Assembly: GCF_036971445.1 (NCBI RefSeq)
Contig: NC_091470.1
Coordinates: 298,406,001-298,470,000 of the forward strand
Direction: 5' to 3'
Length of the DNA: 64,000 nucleotides
Origin: Narcine bancroftii
Taxonomy: Eukaryota
Shown here: positions 1 to 12,109 of the stretch, in pieces
How positions within the stretch are numbered: the first letter of the stretch is position 1
Layout: every line of letters begins with the position of its first letter
Program-made: the position numbers and the translations under genes
Notes under the pieces: model-generated
Seen by the model: only the letters and a program-made list of their open reading frames with translations
Database searches by the model: none
What the model was told of the DNA's origin: nothing

Positions 1-1484
1 AAAGTCTGAACCCAAATAAAGTATGGTTTAATCTTCACAAGATCCATCTTAAACTATCTAAATTGAAGGCTTTTCCACATTAATCAATTAAACATTTCCA
101 ACAATTCCAAATGAAAATGATATTCACAGAAGATTGAGCCTTTCCCAAATTAAAGCCATTTCTTGGTACAATTGGAGACATAGTCTAGAAACATGGAAAA
201 TTGCAAATGCTAGAATCTCCAGCTCCAGAGCCTCAATGAAGGGTTCACATTTCTTTTCCCCTATTGATGCTCCTCAACTTGTTGAATTCTTCCAACAGAT
301 TGTTGTTCGTTGCAATGACATGGTCAGATTCCATTACTTGTGGGATCTCACTGTCAGAGGGCAATCAGAAAAGAATTCTTGGGCAATTTTATTTATATCA
401 CAACAGAACACCACCCCAACTCAACAATTATTACAAGGAAATGTAGCTTGACAGGCACAATGATGTTGGAAAATATCGGTAAATTCATTTTCACTATGAT
501 TCTGGTTAAGCAAGGTATCTGGAAGGAAAGTAAGTTTTAAAAACCCACTTGAAGGAAATCAAAAGTGGATTTCCTTGGCTTAAAATGTAGACAAGGGCAT
601 TGTTAGTCAGGCAGATCCTTTGATCCAGAAGATAAAGAAACGTTGACTTGAAATCTAATCAATTAGTTGTCCTTCTAAGGGTCAGGCAATTAAACAGTTT
701 TAACTGCTGGAACATTTTGCAAATGTGTTAACTCTTAACATCATTATTGCAATAGACATCAGAAATAATGAAATTTCCATTTATAGTAATGTGCTATAAC
801 ATTTTGAGAATATGCCTCCAACTAACAGTAAAAGTGGTGTCTTGTACATGGCTGGACAATTAGAATGATGGAAAATGGTACATATCATGCATTGACATCA
901 TTTATGCAAAATACATTTGCTCATTTGTGGTCTGTGTACTGTACTGGCCAGGTGTTCAAAAACTTAGCTTCACAAGGCAATAGAGCACTTCCACACAACT
1001 TAAAGATCAGCTCCTCTGGTGTGAGGCCATGAAGTTTTGCTGTATAAACCCTGCAACATTTGCCGTGGCACCTTTTAATTCCCACCCAACCACAGTCGTC
1101 GTCCAATGTTGCCCTTGCCCAGAATAACTGTTGATCCCCATCAACTGAAGCTTTCATGCTTCCCCATCATTTGCACAAACCACAACCTCACTCAGCCTTT
1201 CTGCTTTCACCAAAGTGGCAGAGCTACAGAAGATGACGCTTCTGTTTTCTTTTTTCATCAAAATATCTCCTTTCAGTTTGCTGCACCTTTTGAGATATGG
1301 GACAAGTTCTTGCCCAGAAGACAAAGGCAAGTTACGAAAAACACTTACAAAACACTAGGAATGCATCAGCAGCAGGTGATATCTTCATTTCTGAGTGAAT
1401 TTGAAGGTGGTGAGAAAAGAAAAACTTTAGTTATGTGAAGAGGCAGGAGATGCTGGTCATCCTCCTCAGAGGAGAATAGACCAG

Positions 1485-1630
1485 GAAAATACAGGAAATA
1501 CTCAACAATCCAGTTGGCATCTGAATTAAAGATAATAAGCTAACTACAAGACCTCCATCAAAACTGAAGGGTTTGGATATGAAACTTTTACCATCTTTTT
1601 CTTTCCACCAATGCTGCACAAACTATTGAG
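1485..1630. mobile_element. Penelope-derived hairpin (inverted pseudo-LTR) relic
   Basis: ggaaatactcaac..ggcatctg on the left and atgctgc..ttgagtgtttcc on the right form degenerate inverted arms. Confidence 0.55.
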
Positions 1631-2597
1631 TGTTTCCAGCATTTCATTTTAAGCAGTTTTATGATTTCACTGAAGGTGAAGATTTGATGGGGTTTGTCAG
1701 TTATGAATGATTTAAAGGGAAGTGATTCCTAATCTGTCTAGCAATAGAAAAGGACCTCACATTTAAGGTCATTAACAAAATATCAAAGGAGACATGAAAT
1801 GTGTCTTTTCCTTTATGCACCATTGAAACTTTCAAAAGGAAGTTTGATAAATAATTGAACAGAAGGATTTTCACATCATAATTAAAGAATAGGCTGAGGA
1901 TTATTTAGATGGCTCTGCCAAACAGCTGGTGTAGGAACAAGAGATTTATGGCTATATTAGTACTTAATCAGACTTTCAGAACAAATTATTCTGCAATTAT
2001 GATGGACGATGAATTTGTATATCCATTTGCAGACACAAACACAATTGTGTGTAAAGATGCTTTTAGCATTTGAGAATGCTTTGCTGTAAGGAGAAGGGAG
2101 TAAATCAAATGAATGTTGAATCTATTCAGCATGTTTTGAAGTTCTGTGGTGTTGTCACCACGGATGCACTTTATTAATATTGCTAAATTTGTATCTTGAA
2201 TCATTGGAATGTTTGAACAGAATCATTTTATAGGAGGGAAAAGTCATGAAAATAATTATTCAGTTTTTTTATAGAAAGTCTGTTTCCTGGTTAAGTACAA
2301 TTTTTTTTAGTCTCAGAACTAATCTTATTTACATTGTAATGCATTTATTAAAAAATTGCTATACTTCAATGGTGATGATATGAATGGCCAGTGAATGGAT
2401 TAAATGATAACATTTTCAAGTGGATGATGATCAGAAAATTTTTCAGGGAGGAAAGACGACATGGAAAATGACATCCACCTGACCAGATAGACATGCTTTT
2501 GGTTTATTACCCTTCTGAAAGACAATATTTCTGCAAAGCAGCAATTGTTTGGTGCGGTACTACAAACAAACAGGCAATTGTTAGTCTGAAGACACGC

Positions 2598-2760
2598 TGT
2601 AGATGCTTAAATCTGAAGCTAAACACAATCTGCTGGAGGAACTCAGCACATCAACCAGCGTCAGTGGGAGAAAAAGTTTCCAGCCTGAACAAAACATCAA
2701 AAAGGGGCTCTGGTTCGTTTCTCTCACTGAGTTCCTCCAGCAGATTGTGTTTAAATCCTT
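2598..2760. mobile_element. Penelope-derived hairpin element
   Basis: Perfect 27-bp inverted repeat: taaacacaatctgctggaggaactcag (2620-2646) and ctgagttcctccagcagattgtgttta (2727-2753). Confidence 0.75.
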
Positions 2761-4335
2761 AGACTGAAACAGGCTACCACTGTGGAATCAAGCTAAGTAA
2801 ATGGCTGAGCATTTCAAATGCAAACTGCTTAACAGATTGAGTGACATGATCACTGTTTTTCAGTATTTCTACTGTTGTGACTGTAACTGAGATGTATTCT
2901 TTATTTTTTAGTTTGTAAGCCTAGAGGATGACTTTGAGAGAAAAGACTGGGAGATATTTGATAGTTTCACAACAGAACAAGCCTGGATTTAAGGGTCAGC
3001 TTTTCCTTTAAAAATTCCTTTTAAAATTCATTGACTCATGGTTACCAGTTAACTGCTTATCTCAAGAAACTGACTTAACTGTGTTACAGGAAGAATGGCA
3101 TTACAATGTAAATCAACTGACAGCAGCCCATAAGATTAGTTCTGGGAGTTTGCAAAATTGTACTTAACCAGAAAACAGACTTTCTATAAAAATAATCAAA
3201 TAATACTTTTGGTGTCTTTTCCCTCCTATACAATGATTCTCTTCAAACGTTCCAATGATTCAAAATACAAATTTAGCAATATTAATAAAGTGCATCTGTG
3301 GTGACAAAACATGCCGAATGGATTCAACATTCGTTGGACTCTCTCCTTTCTCCTTATGACAAAGCATTCTCAAATGCTGAAGGCATCTTTACATATTATG
3401 CCACACCAGCTTTTAATATAGATCAAATTCTGTTTTAACAGACCATGAACCTCCCAAAAATCCATTTGCCATTCTCAAACTGTTCATCAAGTTTGCCCTT
3501 TCCTGTATAACTAAACAACAGTATTGAATGTGTCCATAAGTATATCTAAACTGAAACGTTCCACTGCACACTAACCAGTTAAAGTTACTGTGCGACATAC
3601 AATTATTCAAAGGAATAACACCATTCAGTGAAAATGGTCATTTTGGTAAATGGTACAGTGTTGAAAATGTCACTCATGTAAAAAAGATGTACTAGTTTTA
3701 CTTTAATGCCAGATTTTAAGGCATTATTTCAAGCATCTCATAGATGGTCAAGTTACAAAACAACTGAAATGTTTGAAAGTTGGCAGAAAATAAGTATTTC
3801 ATAATTAATTGATATCTGTAACAATAACTTACACCCATAAAGTCTTTTAACATCCCAATCTGCTCTGGAAGCTCACCAGGCAGAGATAATTTACAGATAA
3901 ATATTAATCAGTCTTCAGCAGACAAGCTGATCCAAAATCATTTGTATTTAAATAAAAGATTATAATTTCCTAGCAAACTTTAAACTTTATGGTTATTTTT
4001 CATCCTTAAAAAAAAGTCACAGCTCCAGGACAACCAATGCTTACTGCAAATTATCTTCAGAGGAAAACCCATTTAGTTCAAAATAAATTCTTTCAGAGTT
4101 TAATTCACTGTCAGGGGAAGCACTTTAACGATGTTGTGATAAAGAGCTCCAAAGATGAACAAAAAAAATTACTTCCTCTGGTGGAATGCAAGTTTACATT
4201 CTGGTAATGAATTGTTCTGTCAATTATTTTAACGCTGTCATTAATACTTTCACAATACAGTACTCAGGACAAAGTTCAATACTTTGTTGACTTCACTCAG
4301 ACAGAAACTGTTTATAGAGACTAAAATCCACTTAC

Positions 4336-4510
4336 TTCTCCGATGTATGAAAAGGAACCAGAAAGAATTGGTCCTATGGCTGTACTAAAATCATCAATTT
4401 TCAACAAACTTGAAGGAAATTGTCCTCATGTAGACTTACTATTATTTAAAAACACACACCAAAATTACTTCAGAGCGAAATAGCGACTGCTTAATCCACT
4501 CCGTGGCCCA
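4336..4510 (-). other. Putative non-coding first exon (probably lyn exon 1)
   Basis: Strong donor GAA|GTAAGT at 4336/4335 just downstream of the promoter-like segment; stops in all three frames. The transcription start is not determinable. Confidence 0.4.
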
Positions 4511-4600
4511 ACTAAAATTGAGGAACTAACTGATGTTTTTCTCCCAACCCCCCCCCCCCATACACTACTTCCTATACACTGCTTCCTGGTGTTTAAACAA
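4505..4600 (-). promoter_or_regulatory. Putative haematopoietic promoter (probably lyn)
   Basis: PU.1-type site aaattgaggaact (4515-4527), C12 tract (4548-4559), two tandem ETS cores (acttcct 4567-4573, gcttcct 4581-4587) and local CpGs in unique sequence. LYN lies downstream of TGS1 on the same strand in other vertebrates. Confidence 0.45.
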
Positions 4601-5740
4601 ATCAAATAATCTCCCCAACTCAGACTGGCTCACAATTTGCATGAGTCTACAGCAAATTTCACAGACGTTGACAGCTTTGGCTAGGAAGTACATGGGAACT
4701 TCAGTCCAGTTATTTGGGGAAGAAACCAGAGCAATAGCAAATAAGTGTAAAATAATTCAGTTCAGCTTTTCTCAGTGTATTTGCCAGATTTTTTTTGTTT
4801 TCTTTTAAGTTCCAAGATATTAGGGCAATTATAAACAGAAACCCACAACATAATTCCAATGCTGAACTTTGTAACTGGACAGAAAACCTACATCCATTAT
4901 TATGTGATGTCTAAACTTTAAGATGGAAGTGACCCCTTGCCCTTTGCAGAATACAGTCATGAACTCAATAGGACACAAAGCAATCTTGTGATTCAGGACT
5001 TATTTCAGGATAAAGGAAAATCTCCCATTAACTTATTTTTGCTCAACCATATTTACAAAACTAAACACCATTCTTGTTAGATACTTGCAATTCTACATGC
5101 TACATAAATGTGCTTCATACTCATTGATCATCTTTATTTCAACCATAGAAACTGTGACAAAAGCAGGAAAAGCAAGTTTATAGTATTCTTAAAATAGTGG
5201 AGAAGGGTTTCCGCTTTTGATGCGATTTATAACTTGGGCAAGAATTGTGCTCAAGTTCATTACAAGAAGTAAAATCTTTTGTTCCAGTTCCTACGAAAAT
5301 ATATTTGCATATCACTAAAGAAAAATGTTCACAAAGATTCCTTTGCGATCCCCTGGATTTGGGGTAATTAAACTCCGACAATTACAACTATTTTCCTTTG
5401 AGCAAGATGTAATTTGAACCAGACATTAAAAGTGGAGAAGAAATCCGAGGCAGATCAGCATGGCCATCATGACTGGCAGGACAGGAGTGACGGGGTTAAT
5501 GGTCTTCCTTTGGTTCAGTTTTCTGGTGGTTTTGTGAGCTTTTCCAATTTATAAAAGAGCTCCTTCAGTCCCACTGAATCAAATGCAGCCTTGATATAAA
5601 GGGTAGTGACCCTTACCCCTCTTCTGGAATCTATCCCTTGGTCAAAGTCTTGAACCACAGAAATGAGTGGTCCGGGTGAGAATTAGCACAGAATGATTAA
5701 ACTATTAATAACATTTTTCATCTGCTGAGATCATAAAATA

Positions 5741-5945
5741 CAGTAAAACCTCTGTTATCTGAAATTTAAACAACTGGCAACCTCAAGCAACTAGAAAAAA
5801 AAAAGGAAAAAATCAAGGGCAATAAATAGGTAAAAAATACAGAAGTTTAAAATTGGTGCTCCTCGCCATTAGTTTGAATGGCAACCGGGAAATTCACTTA
5901 CCAGCATCTACTAATGCCCATTGGTACAGGATAACAGGGATCAGC
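5741..5945. mobile_element. Tc1/mariner (pogo/Tigger-like) MITE
   Basis: TA|cagtaaaacctctgttatc left end and a partial complementary ggataacaggga right end. Confidence 0.5.
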
Positions 5946-6181
5946 TTGACTAAGACACAACTAGTTCTGGTGCTCAATAGTACATGAGGGGATGACAGCA
6001 GGACCGGTTGTCATTGCTGCGTCTTGTCCTCAGTATTTTTCCTTAATATCATGTTGAATGAATTGGTCAGACCAGCCTCTATGATGGTGGGGGTCATCAG
6101 AGAAAAGCATTCGAAATCATAAGCTTGATACTATTCAAAGTTCATATAAACTAACCAAAGGTCACATTAATTGGAAAAGTC

Positions 6182-7268
6182 TGCAGTGAATGGGGATTCA
6201 CTGGGAGAGTGCTGTATTGATGACTGGCCCTGCTTCCCAGCTCCACTCCCATTTATCCATATATAACCCTGGTTTCCCGCTTAAACCCAGAACTCCTCTG
6301 AATCCTACTTGTGAACCCTACCTGTTGTTGAAAGCTAATAAAAGCATTTGTTCTCCCTCCAATCATGTGAGAGCTTTTATTTACACTACAATTTCATTAG
6401 CTTTTAAAACCAGGATGGAGGTGTTACTCAAGACCCCCGGTCCTCCCATGCGGCTGAGGAGTTTGAATATTGGCTAGACTGCTTCCAGGCTTACCTGAAC
6501 GTGACTAGGGATGTCTTCCACACAGACGAACTCCAGAGGTCAACACTCATCTCCAGGGTAGGAACAAAGGGGTATGCAGTCATCAGAAATTTCCTGGCAT
6601 ACGAAGCCGCCGTCGAGGAGCTGAAAACTTGCTACATGAAGGCCCCGAGCGAGGTCCTAGCAAGGCACTAGGTCACACTACATCGCCAACGGCCTGGAGA
6701 GTCGATCCTGCTGGATCTGTGGACGCTTGCTAAGAAGTGCAGGTATGAAGCGGCTTCGGGTCACGTCCAAGAAGACGAGCAGATTTGGGACACTCTGATT
6801 GCAGGAATCCGCTTGACGTACATGAGGCAGCAATGACTTGAGTCAGGAAAGAAGGACCTTGATAGTCATATCGATCTGGCTAAATCACTGGAACAGGCCA
6901 GGCACGAAAACACGATCTCAAAGCCAGCGAACTCGCATTCTCAAATTACCTAAATTTGTAAATAGTGTATGTACTGTATATATTTGTTTCTCTCTTCTGC
7001 CGGCTTCTGATCCCATGTTCTCTTCATCCAAAGCCTCTTAATTCTGCAGGAAGGGGTGAATGCAGTGAACTGGGATTCACTGGGAGAGTGCTGTATTGAT
7101 GACTGGACACACCTCCACCTCCACCCTCATTTACAAATATATAACCCTAGTTTACCGCCTAAAGCCAGAACCTTTCTGAAGCCTACTAGTGAACCCCACC
7201 TGTTGTTGAAAGCTTATAAAAGCATTTGTTCTCCCTCCAGTCGTGTGAGAACTTTTATCTACGCCTCA
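6182..7268 (+). mobile_element. Internally deleted Ty3/Gypsy LTR retrotransposon (LTR-gag-PPT-LTR)
   Basis: Direct repeats 6182-6390 and 7061-7268 (TG..CA, TATA, AATAAA); purine tract aggaaggggtgaa before the 3' LTR; flanks aagtc/aagtg as a near 5-bp TSD. Confidence 0.92.
6415..6905 (+). pseudogene. gag: Degenerate Gypsy gag
   Basis: MEVLLK../DPRSSHAAEEFEYWLDCFQAYL..EVLARH*VTLHRQRPGES..IWDTLIAGIR..LAKSLEQA, with stops and frameshifts. Confidence 0.85.
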
Positions 7269-7879
7269 AAGTGTAGCTTTCAAAAGCTCTTTGAATTCTT
7301 AAAAGTACAAGTGGATTAATTAAGCAACAAAACAGTTCAAACAAGGTATCACACTAAGAACAAGTGTCCAACCATCAAAATAAAATTATTCTTCAGATCA
7401 AAATGGTATACAATAAATAGATTTATGAATATTACTTTCCACTAAAATCATTGCTTCCAATTCAGTTATGTATTCAGGTTACATGGTTTTAAGAACTCCT
7501 TTAAACAGATCCCACATGTTTTGCATGTTAAATCTGTCTTTAATTGCCATGAATCCACTTATTGCATTTCCAGAGGCTCCTAATAATGCACCCTCCATGC
7601 TAAATGAACTCAAATTTGTAAACTCTCATATATCCTTTTTCAAAATTATTGACCTCATTTAATTAAGCAATGATAAATCAAGCAGTTCATGAATGAGCAA
7701 AGGCATCTATTAAAGATTTAAATCTCCTCTCACCATGCTTTCAACAACAGCAGAAAACAACCAATCGAACTCCAGGATAACAAAAGCAACATTCATACTT
7801 GTGCTATACTCTTAATTAGGAAAACCAAACAACTATTTAGCTTTTTTTTCATTAATTCTAATAGCCACATTATCTCATT

Positions 7880-8669
7880 TGGATAAATTTGAGGTTATAC
7901 ACTTTGGAGCCAAGAACAGGAGAGAAGATTATTACCTAAATAGTGTCCGATTAGGAAAAGGAGAGATGCAACGTGACCTGGGTATCACTGTGTATCATTG
8001 AAAGTGGGCATGCAGGTACACAGGCAGTGAGGAAAGCGAATGGTAATAGCAAGTTGATTCAAGCATAGGAGCAGAGCGGTTCTACTGCAGCTGTACAGAA
8101 CCTCGGTGAGACCACACCCAGAGTATTGTGTACAGTTTTGGTATCCTTATCTGAGGAAAGACATCCTGGCCATAGAGGGAGTACAAAGAAGGTTTACTAG
8201 ATTGATACCAGGGATGGCAGGACTTGCATATGAAGAAAAGCTGGATGAATTAGGCCTATATTTGCTGGAATTTTGAAGATTGAGGGGGGACCTTATAGAA
8301 ATGCAAAACATTCTTAAGGGATTGGACAGGCTAGATGCAGGAAGGTTGTTCCCAATGTTAGAGAAAACCAGAACCAGGGGTCACAGTTTAAGGATAAGGA
8401 GAAGTCTTTTAGGATTGAGATGAGAATTTTTTTTCTCTCAGAGTGGTGAAAATGTAGAATTATTTGCCACAGGAAGTAGTTGAAGCCGTTTCCTTATCTA
8501 TATTTAAGAGGGAGATAGATTTGGCCCCTGTGGCTAAGGGGCTCAGGAGGTATGGGGAGAAGGCAGGTACTGGGTACTGAGTAGATGATCAGCCATGATC
8601 AAAATGAATGGTGGTGTGGGCTTAAAGGGCCAAAAGGCCTACTCCTGCACCTATTTTCTATGTTTCTAC
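7880..8669 (+). mobile_element. CR1 LINE 3' fragment (HER1-like)
   Basis: Decayed CR1 ORF2 C-terminus (RDLG, LVRPHLEYCVQFW-like, RLRGDL, RTRGH) and tail ggcctactcctgcacctattttctatgtttcta. Confidence 0.9.
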
Positions 8670-8699
8670 CTTAGGTAAAATCCTTTTGTTTTACCCATC

Positions 8700-8845
8700 T
8701 CCCTCCACCTTTTAAGCTGCCTACATTAACTTGCTTTCTCTCTTCTAGTTCTGATGAAGGGCCTCAGACTTGAAATGTTACCCATTTCTCTTTCTACAGA
8801 AACTGCCAAACTTGCTGTCAGCTCCCACCATTTTTTGTTTTCATT
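8700..8845 (+). mobile_element. Penelope pseudo-LTR relic carrying a hammerhead-like core
   Basis: CTGATGA-AGGgcctcagaCTT-GAAAtgttac at 8751-8781, followed by the same arm sequence seen in the other hairpin elements. Confidence 0.6.
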
Positions 8846-9334
8846 TCTTTTCTCATCTCCATTAAGTTTGGATCCATGATATGGGGTCCCACTGTAGACT
8901 TTCATGTGAATCCAAAATTAATGGCAATAATCAGTTCAATTCAGTTTACCAAAAGGTAGTCAAAGTATTCCAAATAGGAAATAACAACTTAATTCAATTT
9001 CTTCTCTCCTGAGACTTTGTCCTCAATAATTACATTTAACTTTATAACCTAGTACAGTCAGACATCCAAATATATATATATATAACAACTACAGCCTCCA
9101 GCATAGAAACAAGTTGTATACAGATCAAATACGAAGAGATTTTTTAAAAAATCACAGCCTGTTCGAGCACATCTCATTGAGTATTCAGTTATACTGATGA
9201 AATTCATATACTGTAATTTGGCTGAATCCCTGGAGGCAGATAGATGTTGAAATTTGTGAAAATTTATCACCTTTTCCTAAATTTGAGCCCTTTTGACAAT
9301 CTTTCATTGCTGCAGTTGAAGGTTTCCACCTACT

Positions 9335-10290
9335 TTAAATGAGCTTCAATCATACCAGTGCTCAAGAGCTGAGTGACCCTCAATGACTATTGCTGAGTAG
9401 CATTCACATCTACTGTGATGAAATGCTTTGAGAGGTTTGGCCAGGGACAGAATTAATTAGCACCCAAGACATGGACCCACTGCAAATTCGTCTACTACCA
9501 CAATCGCTCCACAGCAGATGCAATCTCACTGACTCTTCAATCAGCCCTGGATCACCTGGACAACAGCAACACACACATTGGGCTGCTTTTCATCGATTAT
9601 CGCTCATCTTTCAATACCATCATCAACTCGCTGTTGGTCAGCAAGCTTCAAAACTTGAGGTTCTGCACCTCCCTCTACAATTGGAGCTTTGACTCATCGG
9701 AAGACCATGGTCAGTGCAAATCAATAATAACATCTCCTCCTCCCTGATAATCAACACAACTCAAATGCAATCTACAAATTTGCCAATTACACTATGGCTG
9801 TTGGGAGAATCACAGACAGCAATGAGGAAGTGTGCAGGAGTGAGATAGGTCAGCTAGTTGAGTGGTTTCATAACAACAACCTTGCACAGAACATTAGCAA
9901 AACTAAGGAGCCGATCGTGGACTTCAGGAAGAGGAATGTAGAATATGAACTAGTCCTCATCAAGGGGACAGCAGTGGAAAAGGTAAAAAACTACAAATTC
10001 CTGGGTGTCAACATCTCTGAAGATCCATCCTGGTGTCTCCATCTCACTGCTATGTTCAGGAAGGGAGTACAGGTGACTGAAGATGAACAACAAAATAGCT
10101 TCATCCCCTCTGCCACCAGATTTCTGAATGGATAATGAACCCATGGACTCTACCTCTCTTCCTCTTCTTTTACACTAACTCATTTATTTAGTTTAAAAAT
10201 GTAATTTATAGCAAATTTTGCAGCCATAATGCACAATAATGTTCCTGGAAAACAACAAATTCCATGACACATTTATGACAATAAATTCTG
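9335..10290 (+). mobile_element. Rex1/Babar-type LINE fragment
   Basis: Decayed RT motifs DPLQF(A)Y..STADAI..LFIDY..KTKE.IVDFRK..KFLGVNISED, and a tail ending acaataaattctga. Confidence 0.88.
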
Positions 10291-10379
10291 AAAAAATGTT
10301 TATTGGTCCTCTTTAACTGCTATTGGGTCAGGAGGTCTAAGATTTAGACACAGTGACTGATAATGAGAAAAGGAAATAA

Positions 10380-10690
10380 GATTTCCAAGTCAAGTCTTGA
10401 AGAACCCCCCAGGGGATGAAGTTCACTGCTGGTTTTGAGCTTCCTGGTTCTGCAGGTTGAGAATTTGGGTTGTGCTGTAAGAGTAGCTGCATTCCTTTTG
10501 GAGACCACATGCACAGATTGCTGATGGAGGAAGGCATAAATGTTTATGATGGTGGATGGAGTACTAATTAAGCTAGCTGCGATATCCTGATGGCGCCAAT
10601 TTTAAAAAAATGTTGTGAGAGCTGCACTCATCCAAATGAATGAAGAGAATTTCATCAGATTCCTGATCTGTGCCTTGAGGATGGAGCAAA
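10380..10690 (-). mobile_element. Old CR1/L2-group LINE 3' fragment
   Basis: Reverse complement resembles KAQVRSVMEY..WMSAA..LDTIQDKAA.LI coding sequence. Confidence 0.6.
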
Positions 10691-11073
10691 AGATTCTAGA
10701 TTGTGAAATGTTCCTTTAAGTGCTGGATGTAAAACAAAAGAAACAGAACTGATGGGCTTTAATGCTGACTTTACAAGAACTTGCAACACAGCAATAGGAA
10801 ACAAGGAAATTACACAACAGAACTAACTGAAAACCACACTCTTTAGTTGATTTTCACAGAGATGGAGGGCTTTACAATGTTTTACCAAAGCAACTTTTAG
10901 CCTTTCACTTTTTAAGCTCTGTGACATTCAAGTATGATACAAATCATACATGATCTGCAGAGAAATGTTCCAAATGTCCATAACTCAAGGAATAATCTTG
11001 TAATTGAAATTCATTGCTAATATTAACACATCCCTTCAGTCTAATGTAATACAGTTTGCAATTCAATGTGAAA

Positions 11074-11736
11074 TGTTACAAGCCCAGAGAACCCCAAAAC
11101 CCAGCAGCAATAGATATTCACCAAGGCAAATGGTTACTAAAACAAAAGTTGTTTTTAATTATCTTGAAACATGAAAACAGAATCACACTTTAACTTATCA
11201 CTATTGACTTAACTAACCTAACCCCCTTCTAATTCCAAGCGCAATGTGTGTGTAAGATCAGAAAAGTTCTTTGATTCACAGTCCAATCGCACTTCTCATT
11301 CCTCCAAGTTCACTGGTTGCAGGCAATTCTTATACTGTGCACAGAATTTAACATTTATAAATTTCACCAGGCTTTGGTGCTTGAAAGATAAATGGTTACC
11401 CCTCAGGAAAGTTCTTGTCGGTTGTCAGAGAGAGATTCATTGTTCCAGGACACCTACAACTGATTTACTTCCATCAACCACTTCAGTGGCTTGCTGACAA
11501 AACTTTCTCCATCAGGGTTCTCCAGATGATAACCTCTTTCTTTCAGATCATCATGGAGTTCTTTCTTGTTTCAAGTGAAACATTAGACAACCAGTCCTCT
11601 CCTCTTGCATGGACCACAAGGGCTTTGACCATGCTGAACTAAGCATTCACAACCCATTTTCCCAACGGGGTTTTCAACAAAATTTCCAGCTTGTCCTGCT
11701 CCAGTTCCCGCTGCTGGCTGTAAAACTGCAGAACTG

Positions 11737-11807
<71 letters not shown>

Positions 11808-12003
11808 AGGGAGAAAGTCCATTTGACTCTCTCTGCTTGCAAAACCACATAACCCTCTTAGAACAGCAAGTTCCACTGCAGACAATCTGTGGCTCTGACA
11901 AGCTCTTTCATCTGTTACCTTTTGTAAACAACAATCCATTAGGGAAGTCTCTTGGGCACTCTCCAAAGCTTCTGCAAAGACTGTTAGCCCTGACATGTCT
12001 AGC
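11074..12003 (-). mobile_element. Solo LTR of a ~1-kb family (5'-truncated)
   Basis: Reverse-complement homolog of 28000-29017 and 56087-57090; terminus tgttaca at 11074. Confidence 0.85.
11739..11806. repeat. (CT)n(CA)n compound microsatellite within the LTR
   Basis: Directly visible. Confidence 0.98.
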
Positions 12004-12109
12004 ATGGGACAGGGCAAGGAGAAACTGGGTTAATTTTAAAAGTTGAAGGCACTTTACAAGAGCAAGTAAAGAGACAAAATGGTAATGGTCTTAAACTACT
12101 ATTTAATTT

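Noticed and set aside
921-1157. 78-aa Cys-containing ORF in unique sequence
   Set aside because: No recognisable domain or convincing splice sites; the length is expected by chance.
2912-2995. Plus-strand exon-like segment after tttttag (FVSLEDDFERKDWEIFDSF..)
   Set aside because: In-frame stop before a weak donor, no recognised protein and no partner exons.
4336-4440. Minus-strand frame with a single in-frame TGA (KST*GQFPSSLLK..) suggesting selenocysteine
   Set aside because: No resemblance to a selenoprotein family I recognise, a weak acceptor and no SECIS identified; better explained as a non-coding exon.
11583-12017. 144-aa ORF with CV/ER repeats
   Set aside because: Artefact of the microsatellite inside a solo LTR.
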